This document shows, piece after piece, positions 1-10,024 of a DNA stretch of 64,000 bases. The stretch covers positions 5,920,001-5,984,000 of the forward strand of contig OZ242374.1 in assembly GCA_965209055.1 (NCBI GenBank). The letters are read 5' to 3'. The translations under genes were made by a program, and so were the position numbers. Origin of the DNA: Acidobacteriota bacterium. Lineage in GTDB: Bacteria > Acidobacteriota > UBA6911 > RPQK01 > JAJDTT01. How positions within the stretch are numbered: position 1 is the stretch's first letter; each line of letters opens with the position of its first letter. Under the pieces are notes generated by a model. The model had not been told where the DNA came from. It was given only the letters and a program-made list of their open reading frames with translations, and searched no databases.

Positions 1-796
1 GGCTCGTCTTCCTCCCGGCGTCCCTCAGGAGGAAATGGACCTTCTCGGCCTGTTTCCGGGTCGCGCAGTAGACGATTCCGGACTCCCATTCGTCCAGGAT
101 CTCGATCACCCGGTCCAACTTGGCCTGGTGGTTCGCCGTCCGCGAAACCACCAGCCGGAGGTTGGGCCTTTCCAGGCCGAAGACCAGAAGCCGGGCCTCG
201 GAACGGCCTTCCTGTCCCAGTCCGAGTTGCTTCAGAATGTCCTCCCGAACGTAAGGCGTGGCCGTGGCGGTCAGGGCCATCACCCGGGCCCGGGGGAACC
301 GGGTCAGGACCGGAGCCAGGCGCAGGTACTCGGGACGGAAGTCGTGCCCCCAGTGGCTGATGCAGTGGGCCTCGTCCACCGCCATCAGGGAGACCTGCCG
401 ATTCTGAAGGACTTCCATGAAACGCCGGTTCCGGAAGCGTTCCGGAGCCACGTAGACCAGCTTGTACGACCCCCTTTCCAACTCCCGGATGCGGTGGTCC
501 ATTTCCTGCCAGGAAAGGGAGGAGTTGATGAAGGTGGCGGGCAGGTTCCGGGCCACGAGTCCGTCCACCTGGTCCTTCATGAGGGCGATCAAGGGCGAGA
601 CCACCACCGTGACCCCCTCCAGCAACATCGCGGTCAACTGGTAGCAGAGGGACTTTCCCTTCCCCGTCGGCATGATCACGATGGAATCGTCGCCGTTCAG
701 GGTGTGGCGTATGGTCTCTTCCTGCCCCGGAAGAAAGGAGGGGAAGCCGAAATGCTCCTTCAGCGCCGCCCGCAGGTCGGGTGCAGGATCCACCAC
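1..796 (-). CDS. recQ: RecQ-family ATP-dependent DNA helicase (5' part; runs off window start)
   Basis: Manual minus-strand translation (absent from ORF track) gives HFGFPSFLPGQEE, MPTGKGKSLCYQL (Walker A), DEAHCISHWGHDFRPEY and ALTATAT; GTG start at about 796/793. Confidence 0.93.
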   Translation of the reverse strand, partial: MVDPAPDLRAALKEHFGFPSFLPGQEETIRHTLNGDDSIVIMPTGKGKSLCYQLTAMLLEGVTVVVSPLIALMKDQVDGLVARNLPATFINSSLSWQEMDHRIRELERGSYKLVYVAPERFRNRRFMEVLQNRQVSLMAVDEAHCISHWGHDFRPEYLRLAPVLTRFPRARVMALTATATPYVREDILKQLGLGQEGRSEARLLVFGLERPNLRLVVSRTANHQAKLDRVIEILDEWESGIVYCATRKQAEKVHFLLRDAGRKTS

Positions 797-966
797 GTTC
801 GTATCTATTGAGCACAAACCGGCACTACCCTCCCACGGCGAGGATCGACCTGGTAAGCCTCAAAAAAAAGTCCGACAATTGGATGTTCGTCAAAGCTGCA
901 ACCAGCGTGGCGGACCCGAAGGGCCGAGCAGACGCGGCGCTTGTGCGCTTCCGATCTGTTCATCCC

Positions 967-1533
967 TCAAATCAGCGCTCGGTGGACGCATTTCCTGATG
1001 GCATCGTAGTCTCCCTCATGGGACCGCCGGGAAGCTTCCATCCAAGCCTCGCGATCCAGCCGCGTGAGATCCATTCCATGACCGGCCCGCTCCGCCAGTT
1101 GCTTCACATACTGGAGTTGGACACGACCATTACCTTCGCGGAATGGATGGACGAAATTGACATCACCCAGAATTGGCCCAACTTGGCCGGCAAACTGTTT
1201 CCGGGTCGTCCCCTGAAAATACGTTGCCACGATAATCCGGCGATGGACATCCATCATGCCAGTCTCGATGAACCGCCTCGGCTGGAACTGATTGCCGCCT
1301 TTCTCAATCTCTACGGTCCGTACCTCTCCGGCCCATTCGTAAATATCCTGAAAGAGATGGTGGTGGATCGCCTTGAGGTGATCAAGGTCGAAATCCCCCG
1401 TAGGAATCGCTTCCAGAAGGCGTTGCGCCACAAACTGGCGCTCCGCCGACTCCAGCGTTTGGAGATCCCTAATGTTCAACCTGTTTCGAAGAACCGTGAA
1501 ATCGGGAGGGTAGCAATAGTCAGGATCGCTCAT
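967..1533 (-). CDS. Fic-domain toxin (VbhT/FicT-like adenylyltransferase)
   Basis: Canonical HPFREGNGR motif; N-terminal DPDYCYP..VLRNRL; ATG at 1533 overlaps upstream stop (ATGA). Confidence 0.92.
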   Translation of the reverse strand: MSDPDYCYPPDFTVLRNRLNIRDLQTLESAERQFVAQRLLEAIPTGDFDLDHLKAIHHHLFQDIYEWAGEVRTVEIEKGGNQFQPRRFIETGMMDVHRRIIVATYFQGTTRKQFAGQVGPILGDVNFVHPFREGNGRVQLQYVKQLAERAGHGMDLTRLDREAWMEASRRSHEGDYDAIRKCVHRALI

Positions 1534-1748
1534 TCGGCCGCGACAAGACTCTTGCGGTCCTTCAGTCGCCGTGCGATGTAGGCGCGGCGGTCGGCGGGGC
1601 TCCATTCTTCCCGTTCGAACATCTCGAACATCTCCACCTCATCGGACCGGAGGGGATTAGCCTCCATCGCCTGTAGATGCAGAGCCTCGGCCAGACGTTC
1701 TCGAACGGAGGCGACCACGAGCCGACCTAGTTTTTTCTTCTGCATCAC
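1530..1748 (-). CDS. Probable VbhA/FicA-like antitoxin
   Basis: 72-aa ORF coupled upstream of Fic gene; LQAMEANPL resembles the inhibitory (S/T)xxxE(G/N) helix. Confidence 0.75.
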   Translation of the reverse strand: MMQKKKLGRLVVASVRERLAEALHLQAMEANPLRSDEVEMFEMFEREEWSPADRRAYIARRLKDRKSLVAAE

Positions 1749-1866
1749 AAGGTCAAAATATCACAGTTCCCCACGCGGATCAGGAGATTGTGGCGAGGAC
1801 GAGACCGGCACTTTCGACCTCTGGAAACCAAGATGGCCAGATATGTCCGAATGTGTAGGAGTGGTC

Positions 1867-2850
1867 TCAGCCTGCCAAAAGTGGTTTCAGATACCGGGCG
1901 CTCCGGGCCACCGCTTCTTCCACCGGCATAACGCCGGCGAAGGCCTGGTGGACGGTCACATAGCCTCCATACCCGATGGCGTCGAGGCCGCGGAAGACCT
2001 CCTCGAAATCGACGCCTCCTTCTTCCCAGAGTCCGATGTGGTCCACGGCGACGCCGCCGCGCCCCCAGGTCTCGACCACCGTCACCCCCGTGGGAGTCAG
2101 GAGATGGTTCTGAACATAGACGTTCATGATCCAGGGTTCGAGGCGGCGGATGGTCTCGGCCCCGTAGTCCTCGCCGGCGATGAACCAGTTGGCCGGTTCG
2201 TAGATGATGCCGAAATTGGAGCGGCCGACCCGCTTGAGGGTGTCCAGAGCCCCCTGGACCGTCTCGAACAGGCTGGCGCAATGCGCCTGGTGGGCAAGCC
2301 GGATCCCCCGCTCCCGGGCCTCGTCCGAGGCGCGGGCGGCCCATTCGATATCCTCTTCCTTCTTCATGCAGATCCGGATCAGATCGGATCCCAGCGCCTC
2401 GGTCAGGTCCAGGTAGGGGGTGATGTTCCGGAGTCCCTCGGGCCCCTGCTCGTCGTTTCGGGGAACCGCGAAATCGCCGGTGACCATGGAGACGGTCAGA
2501 CCCGCCCGGGCGATGGAGCGGGCGGCTGCCCGGACTCTCTCCGGCGGCGAATGGGTGCCCACCTGGGAGGCTCTCATGCAGATCGCTTCATATCCGTGCT
2601 CCTGAGCCAGGCCGATGATCTGGTCCAGGGTCAGGTCCGCCCTTTCCTTGGAGCTGAAGGATTCGGCCACGCGTGCCGAGAGGGAAAGCTTCATGGTGTC
2701 CTCGCTGTTCGATTTGGAATCGGAAGGCTCCTCAGCCGCGGGACGGCAACCGCTCAGAAGACCTGCGGCGCCCAGTCCCAGGATGCGCCCCAGCAACTGT
2801 CGCCGAGTCGGCGACGCCACCTGGTTCCACGCGCCTTCAGTTGCGCTCAT
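1867..2850 (-). CDS. Sugar phosphate isomerase/epimerase (xylose-isomerase-like TIM barrel) with Tat-lipoprotein signal
   Basis: TRRQLLG Tat motif, LSGC lipobox; AP-endonuclease-2-like pattern ending in GYGGYVTVH. Confidence 0.8.
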   Translation of the reverse strand: MSATEGAWNQVASPTRRQLLGRILGLGAAGLLSGCRPAAEEPSDSKSNSEDTMKLSLSARVAESFSSKERADLTLDQIIGLAQEHGYEAICMRASQVGTHSPPERVRAAARSIARAGLTVSMVTGDFAVPRNDEQGPEGLRNITPYLDLTEALGSDLIRICMKKEEDIEWAARASDEARERGIRLAHQAHCASLFETVQGALDTLKRVGRSNFGIIYEPANWFIAGEDYGAETIRRLEPWIMNVYVQNHLLTPTGVTVVETWGRGGVAVDHIGLWEEGGVDFEEVFRGLDAIGYGGYVTVHQAFAGVMPVEEAVARSARYLKPLLAG

Positions 2851-3926
2851 CGGCTGAGGCTCACCTCGACGCGCCGGCCTGAGCGGCGGGTCCGGTCTCC
2901 AACCAGTCGTTCGGCGATCTGGACGGCGTTGAGGGCCGCCCCCTTGCGAATCTGATCCCCGCAGACGAACAGGTCCAGCCCGTGGACCCCGTTCTTCCCC
3001 GACCGGCTGATGTCGGAGCGAATCCGGCCCACGAAGACATCGTCCCGGCCCGATGCGCCCAGGGGCGTCGGAAATCGGTTGCCGGTCCGGTCGTCCAGAA
3101 TCGAGACTCCGGGAGCGTTTTCCAGCAGACTCCTGGCCTGTTCCGCATCGAGGGCCTCCTCGAGCTCCAGGTTGATGCTCTCGGCATGGGCGCGCATGAC
3201 CGGAACCCGGACACAGGTGGCGGTGATGGCCACCGAGGAGTCGCCCCAGATCTTGTGGGACTCCCGAACCATCTTCGTCTCCTCCGTGTTGTACCCCTCG
3301 GGTCCGATGGCCGAGTCGTGGCTGAAGAGATTGAAGGCGTACTGCTGCCGGAAGATCTCACACTTGGGGGCCCGGCCGGACAGCACTTCCCGGGTCTGCT
3401 GCTCCAGTTCGGCCATGGCGGCGGCTCCGGCGCCGCTGGCGGCCTGGTAGGTGCTCACCACGATGCGCCGCACCCCGACGGCCCGGTGTATGGGAGTCAC
3501 CGGGACGATCATGATGATGGTCGAGCAGTTGGGGTTGGCGATGATGCCGCCATTGCCCAACTGCACGCCCTCCAAGGCTTTGGGGTTGACCTCCGGGACC
3601 ACCAGCGGAATCCCCGGAGTCATGCGAAAGGCCGAGCTGTTGTCGACGACGGTGGCGCCGGCCTCGGCGGCCAGTGGAGCGAACTTCCGGCTGATGGACG
3701 CGCCGGCGCTGAACAGGGCCAGTTCCAAGCCCCGGAAGCTGTCCTCCGTCAGTTCCTCGACGGTGTGGGGAATTCCTTGGAATTCAATGGTCTTGCCCGC
3801 GCTGCGGCGGCTGGCGAGAAGCTTGAGCCGGCCCACGGGAAAACGCCGCTCGGCCAGCAGGCGGACAAATTCCTGCCCGACGGCTCCGGTCGCACCTACG
3901 ATGGCTACGTTCAAATCGCCCGACAC
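2847..3926 (-). CDS. asd: Aspartate-semialdehyde dehydrogenase
   Basis: VGATGAVG, DNSSAFRM, IANPNCST, STYQAASGAG, DQIRKGAALNAVQIAE. Confidence 0.97.
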   Translation of the reverse strand: MSGDLNVAIVGATGAVGQEFVRLLAERRFPVGRLKLLASRRSAGKTIEFQGIPHTVEELTEDSFRGLELALFSAGASISRKFAPLAAEAGATVVDNSSAFRMTPGIPLVVPEVNPKALEGVQLGNGGIIANPNCSTIIMIVPVTPIHRAVGVRRIVVSTYQAASGAGAAAMAELEQQTREVLSGRAPKCEIFRQQYAFNLFSHDSAIGPEGYNTEETKMVRESHKIWGDSSVAITATCVRVPVMRAHAESINLELEEALDAEQARSLLENAPGVSILDDRTGNRFPTPLGASGRDDVFVGRIRSDISRSGKNGVHGLDLFVCGDQIRKGAALNAVQIAERLVGDRTRRSGRRVEVSLSR

Positions 3927-3954
3927 GGCACACCTCCGTCTTACGTGGAAAAAA

Positions 3955-3963
3955 AGTATACCA
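3955..3963 (-). promoter_or_regulatory. Extended -10 promoter (TGgTATACT) for asd
   Basis: Minus-strand TGGTATACT about 30 nt upstream of the asd start. Confidence 0.5.
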
Positions 3964-4014
3964 AGATGCCCGCCGCTGAAGTTCGGGACGGCGGGGTGCG
4001 GGTAGGCTGCAGTT

Positions 4015-4854
4015 TCAGTTCAGCAGCGTCGCCTTCTTGATGTAGTCCAGCTTGGGGAAATCCCGCTTGAGATAACCGTTCCCTTCGGCTCGAATCCGCC
4101 CCTGACTCGGCCCTCTGCCCGAAAGAGCACCCTCGCCGTACCCCTTGTAGACGGAGTCCACCACCTCCATCCCTTCGATGACTCGGCCGAAGGGAGAAAA
4201 GCCGTAGCTGTCCAGGCTCCCGTTGTCCTTGTAGTTGATGAAGAACTGCACCGACCGGGAGTGGGGCATGTTGGTCTTGGCGAAGGAAATGTAGCCCCGC
4301 TGGTTCGACTTCACCACCGGGTCGTCCTGGATGTTGGCGGCGCTCCACTTCTGCCCGATGGCCGGATCGCCATGCATGCCGAACTGGGCCATGAACCCCT
4401 CGATCACCCGGAAGAAGGCGATGTTCCGGAAGTAGCCGATCTTCACCAGGTTGTAGAAACGGTCCGCGCCTCGAGGCGACCATTCCCGGGTCACCTCGAC
4501 CACGAAGTCCCCCTTGGTGGTCTCGAATCTGGCCTTGAAACTGGCGGGAGCCTTCTCGCTGGCCAGCGAGGGATTCCTCAGAGCGGGATTGGGCCCTTTC
4601 ATGGGCCGTGGCGGTTTGTCCATCTTGACGGGCTCCGGTTTCGGTTCATCGGGTTTCTTGGCCGGTTCCGGCGGGATCACATCCGCAACGTCGCCGGCCG
4701 CTTCCTCGGCGGTCGCCTTGTCTCCTGCGTCGGCCACGGCCTCTTCAGCCGCCGGCGGCTCCGCCAAATCCGGTTCATCAGTGACAGGCGCGCTACAGGA
4801 GAGCGAAAGCAACAACAAGAAAAACGCACAACAGCTCCATCGCCTCTCATGCAT
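4015..4854 (-). CDS. Cyclophilin-type peptidyl-prolyl cis-trans isomerase, lipoprotein
   Basis: LSLSC lipobox, Pro/Ala/Glu-rich linker, FFRVIEGFMAQFG and QFFINYKDN motifs. Confidence 0.92.
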   Translation of the reverse strand: MHERRWSCCAFFLLLLSLSCSAPVTDEPDLAEPPAAEEAVADAGDKATAEEAAGDVADVIPPEPAKKPDEPKPEPVKMDKPPRPMKGPNPALRNPSLASEKAPASFKARFETTKGDFVVEVTREWSPRGADRFYNLVKIGYFRNIAFFRVIEGFMAQFGMHGDPAIGQKWSAANIQDDPVVKSNQRGYISFAKTNMPHSRSVQFFINYKDNGSLDSYGFSPFGRVIEGMEVVDSVYKGYGEGALSGRGPSQGRIRAEGNGYLKRDFPKLDYIKKATLLN

Positions 4855-5044
4855 GTCTCTTTATCTCCTTCATGGTTTCTCGTGTCCGGTCCTCTCTCCA
4901 GTCCGCCGATTATTGCCCGGCAGGGGGTTGGGTTCAAGAGACAGGGTCTCGAAGCCGAACTCGTATTGGCAATGCGCGATTGCCGATCCGCGTTTCTTGA
5001 CACCCTTCCCGGTCGTCCATAGGTTGGTGCAGGGAGGTCGACAT

Positions 5045-6700
5045 ATGCAGCAGAGGCGCCTTGGATGGTCGAACAGTGAGATTGGCGGGTCCCCGGCCGG
5101 CGCCGAAACCGGCTGGCGGTTCGCCGCGGGTGTCCTGGCGGCATGCCTCGTCTTGGCGGGGACGGCGGCGGCGGGATCTGCGGGCCTGCTTCATATCGGC
5201 GGAAACAAACAGCTCTTCATCGACGACCACGTCATCGAGAGTCTCAGCCACGTCAAGCAGATCCTCAACCCGGCCGTGAAACATCCGGCAAACCCCCTTT
5301 TGAAGCAGGACCGGCCCTGGGAGGGTCATTACATCGGGCTCCAACGGATCATCTACGACCCGGATCAGGGACTGTACCGGATGTGGTACCGGGTCACCGG
5401 AGCGTTCGAGTCCCGGAAAGGGGGCGCCGATCGGCTCAGGCCTTACCGCTGGGACTGGAACGTGGTCGACGGAAAAGCAGTTCGCAGCAAGGTGGAGGAG
5501 GTTTACGGTTACAGGCAATACGCCGGCGGCGAGGATTGGCTTCTCTGCTACGCCACCTCCCGGGACGGCATCCAATGGGAGAAACCCAATCTGGGCCAGG
5601 TGGAGTTCGAGGGCTCCCGCGACAACAACATCCTGCCGCACGGCACGCTGGTCCCCCTATTTCGGGACGAGCACGAAACCGATCCCGCCAAGCGCTACAA
5701 AGCCATGAAGTCCGAGGGCACGACTCCCACCGCCTGGAAGCGGGGAATCAAACCGGGGATGCGGCAAAGCCTCTACTACTCGCCCGACGGCGTCGAGTGG
5801 ACGCCCTACGAGAACAACCCGGTGATCGACACCGCTCCCAAAATAGGCCGCTGGGGACCCACCCAACACATGGGCTGGGATCCCATCCGGCAGGTCTACG
5901 CCGTGTTCATGGAGCAGTGCCTGCACCGGGGCTGCCCCCAGGGGCAACGGATCATCGGCCGGGCCGAGAGTCCGGACATGACCCGATGGACCCCGGACCA
6001 GAACGTCCTGATCCAGGATGAACTGGACTTTCCCGACACGGAGTTCTACTCGATGCCGGTCATGGCCTACGAGGGGATCTACATCGGGCTACCCTGGATC
6101 TTCCGCACCACCAATACGCTGCATTACCCCCAACTGGCCTTCAGCCGGGACGGAATCCGCTTCGAGCGGCGGTACCGCCAGCCCTTCCTGCAGGTGGGCG
6201 ACAAGGGGGACTTCGACGAGAGCACCATCTACGTGCACCAGCCCATGGTCCGTGACGGCGAGATCCGCATCTACTATTACGGGGGCAACTGGAGGGGCTC
6301 AGAGTCGCTCCACGCCCAGGGAGACCGGGCCATGTTCGCGGTGGCGCTGGCCACGGTTCGCGAGGACGGGTTCGTCTCGGTGGACGCGGGCAAGATCCAC
6401 CCGGGCTCCCTCAAGACCCGCTTCCTCAGCTTCGAGGGCCGCCGTCTGGTGGTGAACCTGGAGGCCGCCAAGCACAACCACGGCGCCGGACAACCCGAGG
6501 TCCGGGTCGAGATCATCGGAAACGACTACCATCCGATCCCGGGCTATACCCTGGACGAGTCCGACCCGGCGCGGGTGACGGGAAAGCACGTGATGAGCTG
6601 GCGGGGAAACACGGAACTCGGCGCCTTGGCCGGAACCCCGGTACAGCTTCGCTTCCTGATACGAAACGCCAAGCTCTTTTCGTTCCAGTTCCGGCCGTAG
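5045..6700 (+). CDS. Secreted beta-propeller glycoside-hydrolase-like protein (Asp-box repeats)
   Basis: ATG 5045 after GGAGG; signal peptide; QLFIDD; repeated SxDGxxW; C-terminal DGFVS...LRF..AKLFSFQF. Confidence 0.7.
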   Translation: MQQRRLGWSNSEIGGSPAGAETGWRFAAGVLAACLVLAGTAAAGSAGLLHIGGNKQLFIDDHVIESLSHVKQILNPAVKHPANPLLKQDRPWEGHYIGLQRIIYDPDQGLYRMWYRVTGAFESRKGGADRLRPYRWDWNVVDGKAVRSKVEEVYGYRQYAGGEDWLLCYATSRDGIQWEKPNLGQVEFEGSRDNNILPHGTLVPLFRDEHETDPAKRYKAMKSEGTTPTAWKRGIKPGMRQSLYYSPDGVEWTPYENNPVIDTAPKIGRWGPTQHMGWDPIRQVYAVFMEQCLHRGCPQGQRIIGRAESPDMTRWTPDQNVLIQDELDFPDTEFYSMPVMAYEGIYIGLPWIFRTTNTLHYPQLAFSRDGIRFERRYRQPFLQVGDKGDFDESTIYVHQPMVRDGEIRIYYYGGNWRGSESLHAQGDRAMFAVALATVREDGFVSVDAGKIHPGSLKTRFLSFEGRRLVVNLEAAKHNHGAGQPEVRVEIIGNDYHPIPGYTLDESDPARVTGKHVMSWRGNTELGALAGTPVQLRFLIRNAKLFSFQFRP

Positions 6701-6736
6701 GCGAGAAACCGGGAGGGCGGCCGCAAGGGTCGTTCC

Positions 6737-8230
6737 CTACCGGAACCGGAACGAATAGAGATCGGCGTCCTGCAGGACGAAGCGCAGGCGGACCGTCTTC
6801 CCGGCGACCCGGCGGAGCGGTTTCTCACGAACCTTGCCTCCGTAAATCCATCCTGCCTTCCCCTCCAGCTCGTCCCCCCAGATGGGGACCGATTCGGTCA
6901 GCGAGAGTTCGGGCACCGGGTTGCCGTTGACGTCCTGGATCTCCACCCGAATGGAGCCGGCCGCCGAAGTGGAGTAGTTCAGGACCAGGTTTTCTCCGCT
7001 GAAACGGAACGGTTTCGTGATCAGCTCGCCTCCCGGATAGCCCGCGCTGGCGGAGGCGAAGCCGTCGGTCCGGACGACGACGCGCTGCAGGTGGGCCGAA
7101 GGATAGGTGTAGTGCTGCACCAGGTAGAGGGAAAGCTCCCCCGGCGCCGTGGGGACGATGCCCCGGGCGACCAGACCGTTCCGGTGGATCCAGTTACGCC
7201 GTTCCCTTCCGGGACGGATGAAGGCTTCCATGAAGCGGTGCCAATGGACGCCGTCGCGGCTGCTCATGAGGACACCGTCGGAGAGGCCGGGCCATTCCGC
7301 GGCAGGGGCGGGATCCAGATGTTGGGGAATGCGGTAGGTGACGAAGCGCTTGGGAAAGGCCAGGTAGATATGGGGCGCCCGAAAATAGGGCACGGTGGCA
7401 TTGGTGTAGAGATGTTCGGTGGGAGCGTCGCCGTAATCCACCCACCGGCCCTCGGACCATTCCACGAAGTCCTTCGAGGTCGCGTACTTCAGGGTCCGCA
7501 CCCCGTGGAGGAAATCCCGGTAGAGCGCCACGTAGACCCCCCGCTCGCCATCCCAGAAAGCCACGTTGTGGGAGTCGAAGGCGCCGTCGGTGAGGACCGG
7601 AATCTCACGCATCCAGCTCCAGCGGATGCCGTCGGGAGAGGCCAAAGCCACGAGACCCCGATGGTTCCCGGGCTTGGCGAAGGCCACCGCCTTGTAGCGG
7701 GCCTCCGCCGGAGCCGCCGGATTGTCGTCCCGGAAGGGATTCAGCTTGGCGGCGCCCCGGACCTCCAGGATATTGTTGTCCCGGGAGCCCTCGAACTCCA
7801 CCTGCCCCAATGAGGGACGGGTCCAGTGGATGCCGTCGCGGCTCTCCGCGTAGCAGACGACCTTCTCGTGGGCGGCGACCCAGGTCTCCCCCGGCTCCAG
7901 CTCTTCCCGGTGGATGTAGTCGACCGCGGAGCTGCCCCGGTAGTACATGCGGTAGATTTCGCCGTCCTTGAAGACCGCCACGTGGAAGGGAATATTCCCT
8001 TCCCAGGGCTGGTCGAAGACGAAGACCTTCTCGGCGCGCCGGGGCTGCTGGACCTCCAACTCCACCCCATCCATGGACTCGATGAGAGTGTCGTCGACGA
8101 AAAGCTCCAGGCGGTTTCCCAGGTCGGGAGCCGGGTCGGAATCGGCAGCCTTCTTTCCGTGGCCCGACGCCCCGAAGCCGGACCCGCCCGCCAGAACCAG
8201 CAATACGAATATCCGCAAAATCGATTTCAT
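6737..8230 (-). CDS. Secreted beta-propeller glycoside-hydrolase-like protein, paralogue of 5045..6700
   Basis: Signal peptide; ELFVDD; SRDGIHW/SPDGIRW/SRDGVHW; DADLYSFRF end. Confidence 0.7.
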   Translation of the reverse strand: MKSILRIFVLLVLAGGSGFGASGHGKKAADSDPAPDLGNRLELFVDDTLIESMDGVELEVQQPRRAEKVFVFDQPWEGNIPFHVAVFKDGEIYRMYYRGSSAVDYIHREELEPGETWVAAHEKVVCYAESRDGIHWTRPSLGQVEFEGSRDNNILEVRGAAKLNPFRDDNPAAPAEARYKAVAFAKPGNHRGLVALASPDGIRWSWMREIPVLTDGAFDSHNVAFWDGERGVYVALYRDFLHGVRTLKYATSKDFVEWSEGRWVDYGDAPTEHLYTNATVPYFRAPHIYLAFPKRFVTYRIPQHLDPAPAAEWPGLSDGVLMSSRDGVHWHRFMEAFIRPGRERRNWIHRNGLVARGIVPTAPGELSLYLVQHYTYPSAHLQRVVVRTDGFASASAGYPGGELITKPFRFSGENLVLNYSTSAAGSIRVEIQDVNGNPVPELSLTESVPIWGDELEGKAGWIYGGKVREKPLRRVAGKTVRLRFVLQDADLYSFRFR

Positions 8231-8258
8231 GGATCGCTCCTTACTCGAAAACCGAAGC

Positions 8259-9164
8259 CTACATGCCGAGCCGCCGGCTCGCCGGATCGATGATCCAGAG
8301 CCAATCGTCCGCGAGAAACTCCAGCCTCTGGGCCATCAGGGCGATGCGCCCCATCACCGTGTAGCCGAAACCGGCCCCGAAGGTGATCATGAGGAACCAG
8401 ATTCCCAGGCGCGAGACGCCGCCCACCATCCCCTTGTGTTCGATGGAAAAGAAGAAATAGGTCAGGCAGGACAAGACTCCCACCACAATGGTCAGGTTCT
8501 GAATGGAGGCCGAAAAATCGAATCCCTGGGACCCGACCACCACCAGGGGAAGTATCGTGCTCTGGATCTGCCGGAGAAAGTCGCTCTGGAGGTAGCCCAG
8601 GAGCCGGATCCCGGCGGTGGCGCCGATGAAGAAGGCCAGGGCCCAGCGGGAGATCCAGCCCCCAACCGGCGAGAGCCGCATCAACATCAGGACGCTCAGC
8701 AGCAGCGGAAACAGGTAGATGAGTTCCTGCTCCTGGGATTCGGGGAGGCCCGGAAGCAGCGAACTCCGGATCAGATCGGGAGCCAGCTTGCTGAAGAGGT
8801 TCTGAACCATTCCGGTCCAGAACCCGACGACCATCCAGTAGGCCGCCGAGACCCCGACGAAGACGGCTTCCGCCAGTTTGTAAAGGGGGTTGTCGCCGTA
8901 AAGAAAGGAGAGGATGCAGAGCGTGAAGAGGGCGGCCAGCCAGTTCCCCGCGGTGCGGGACCAACTCACGCGGACCCCCTCTTCTCCCTGCCGCTTGGGA
9001 TCCACTCCCACGGCCCGGCTCCACGATTCCTGGCCCGGTTCCTGGACTTCCACGGGCTGGTCCTGAACGTAGACCATCCCCATGCCTCCCGTGGCCAGCC
9101 TCACCAGCAGGTAGATCCCGGCCACCACCATCAATGCCATCCAAACCCATCCGGACCGGCTCAT
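8259..9164 (-). CDS. Conserved multi-pass membrane protein (glmL-like operon)
   Basis: About 8 hydrophobic segments; SFLYGDNPLYKLAE and FLMITFGAGFGYTVMGRI; ATGA-coupled to upstream gene. Confidence 0.75.
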   Translation of the reverse strand: MSRSGWVWMALMVVAGIYLLVRLATGGMGMVYVQDQPVEVQEPGQESWSRAVGVDPKRQGEEGVRVSWSRTAGNWLAALFTLCILSFLYGDNPLYKLAEAVFVGVSAAYWMVVGFWTGMVQNLFSKLAPDLIRSSLLPGLPESQEQELIYLFPLLLSVLMLMRLSPVGGWISRWALAFFIGATAGIRLLGYLQSDFLRQIQSTILPLVVVGSQGFDFSASIQNLTIVVGVLSCLTYFFFSIEHKGMVGGVSRLGIWFLMITFGAGFGYTVMGRIALMAQRLEFLADDWLWIIDPASRRLGM

Positions 9165-10021
9165 GACGCCACCCCCTTTCGCCGCTCCCAGAAGTAGATG
9201 ACGTTGCCCAAAACGATGAGCAGGAGCACCAGCATGTGGGCCAGGAGCTGCGGGCCCATGCGCCGCAGTCCCTCCTGTGCCGTGTCATTGTCCGCCAAGG
9301 CGGGATAGAGGTCGATGACCGCCTGCTCGTACTCGGCCGCCGCCTTGATGGCCGCCAGCAGGCCGGTCAGTTGTGACGGAATATAGGGATACAGCGACGG
9401 GGCCGTGACTCCAGTGGTCCCCCCGACGATCTTCAGGTCGTAGGGGGTCGCGGCATAGAGCACCCACTCCTTGGTGCCCGGATAGCCCGCGCTCACGTTG
9501 ACGATGAGGTCCATCTGGCGGATGTTCTTCAGATTCCGGGTGAGCGGCAGCTCGTCCAGGCTGGTCCCGTCCACGTCGTTGGCGAAGAGCTTCTTCAGAT
9601 CCCCCACCACCACCTTGATGACCCCCTCGCTGCCGGGACGGAACCCCATGTTCACGTAATCGCGCCCGTATTCGTAGCCGGGAAACTCCCGATTCAGGAG
9701 GTCGATGCTCTCCTGGATCAACGGTCCGCCGGTGGCCCAGAGCGTCAGGAAGTAGAGCTTGTGCTTCTTGTAGGCGCAGTGGCGGACGAAAGCGGCGGCC
9801 ATGGGGCTCAGCTCGCCCCGGCTGGCGGGGTCGAAGTCCCAGGCCATGAGGACGTCCGAGCCTTCGGGGAGCTCTTCGATGGCCGAACGGACGTTCAGGA
9901 CCATGGGCGACGGACTCTCGGGAAACCGGATCCCGAACAGAAGCGGAATCAGGATGGACAACAGCATCAGCAGGAAGATCCAGCGCCGGTCCAGGTTGCG
10001 CAAGAATTCGGTGACCTTCAT
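9161..10021 (-). CDS. Membrane-anchored protein with soluble alpha/beta domain (glmL-like operon)
   Basis: N- and C-terminal TM helices; YGRDYVNMGFRPG and GLLAAIKAAAEYE. Confidence 0.75.
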   Translation of the reverse strand: MKVTEFLRNLDRRWIFLLMLLSILIPLLFGIRFPESPSPMVLNVRSAIEELPEGSDVLMAWDFDPASRGELSPMAAAFVRHCAYKKHKLYFLTLWATGGPLIQESIDLLNREFPGYEYGRDYVNMGFRPGSEGVIKVVVGDLKKLFANDVDGTSLDELPLTRNLKNIRQMDLIVNVSAGYPGTKEWVLYAATPYDLKIVGGTTGVTAPSLYPYIPSQLTGLLAAIKAAAEYEQAVIDLYPALADNDTAQEGLRRMGPQLLAHMLVLLLIVLGNVIYFWERRKGVAS

Positions 10022-10024
10022 GGG

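Noticed and set aside
35-811. 258-aa plus-strand ORF
   Set aside because: Antisense to recQ, whose helicase motifs are clear on the minus strand
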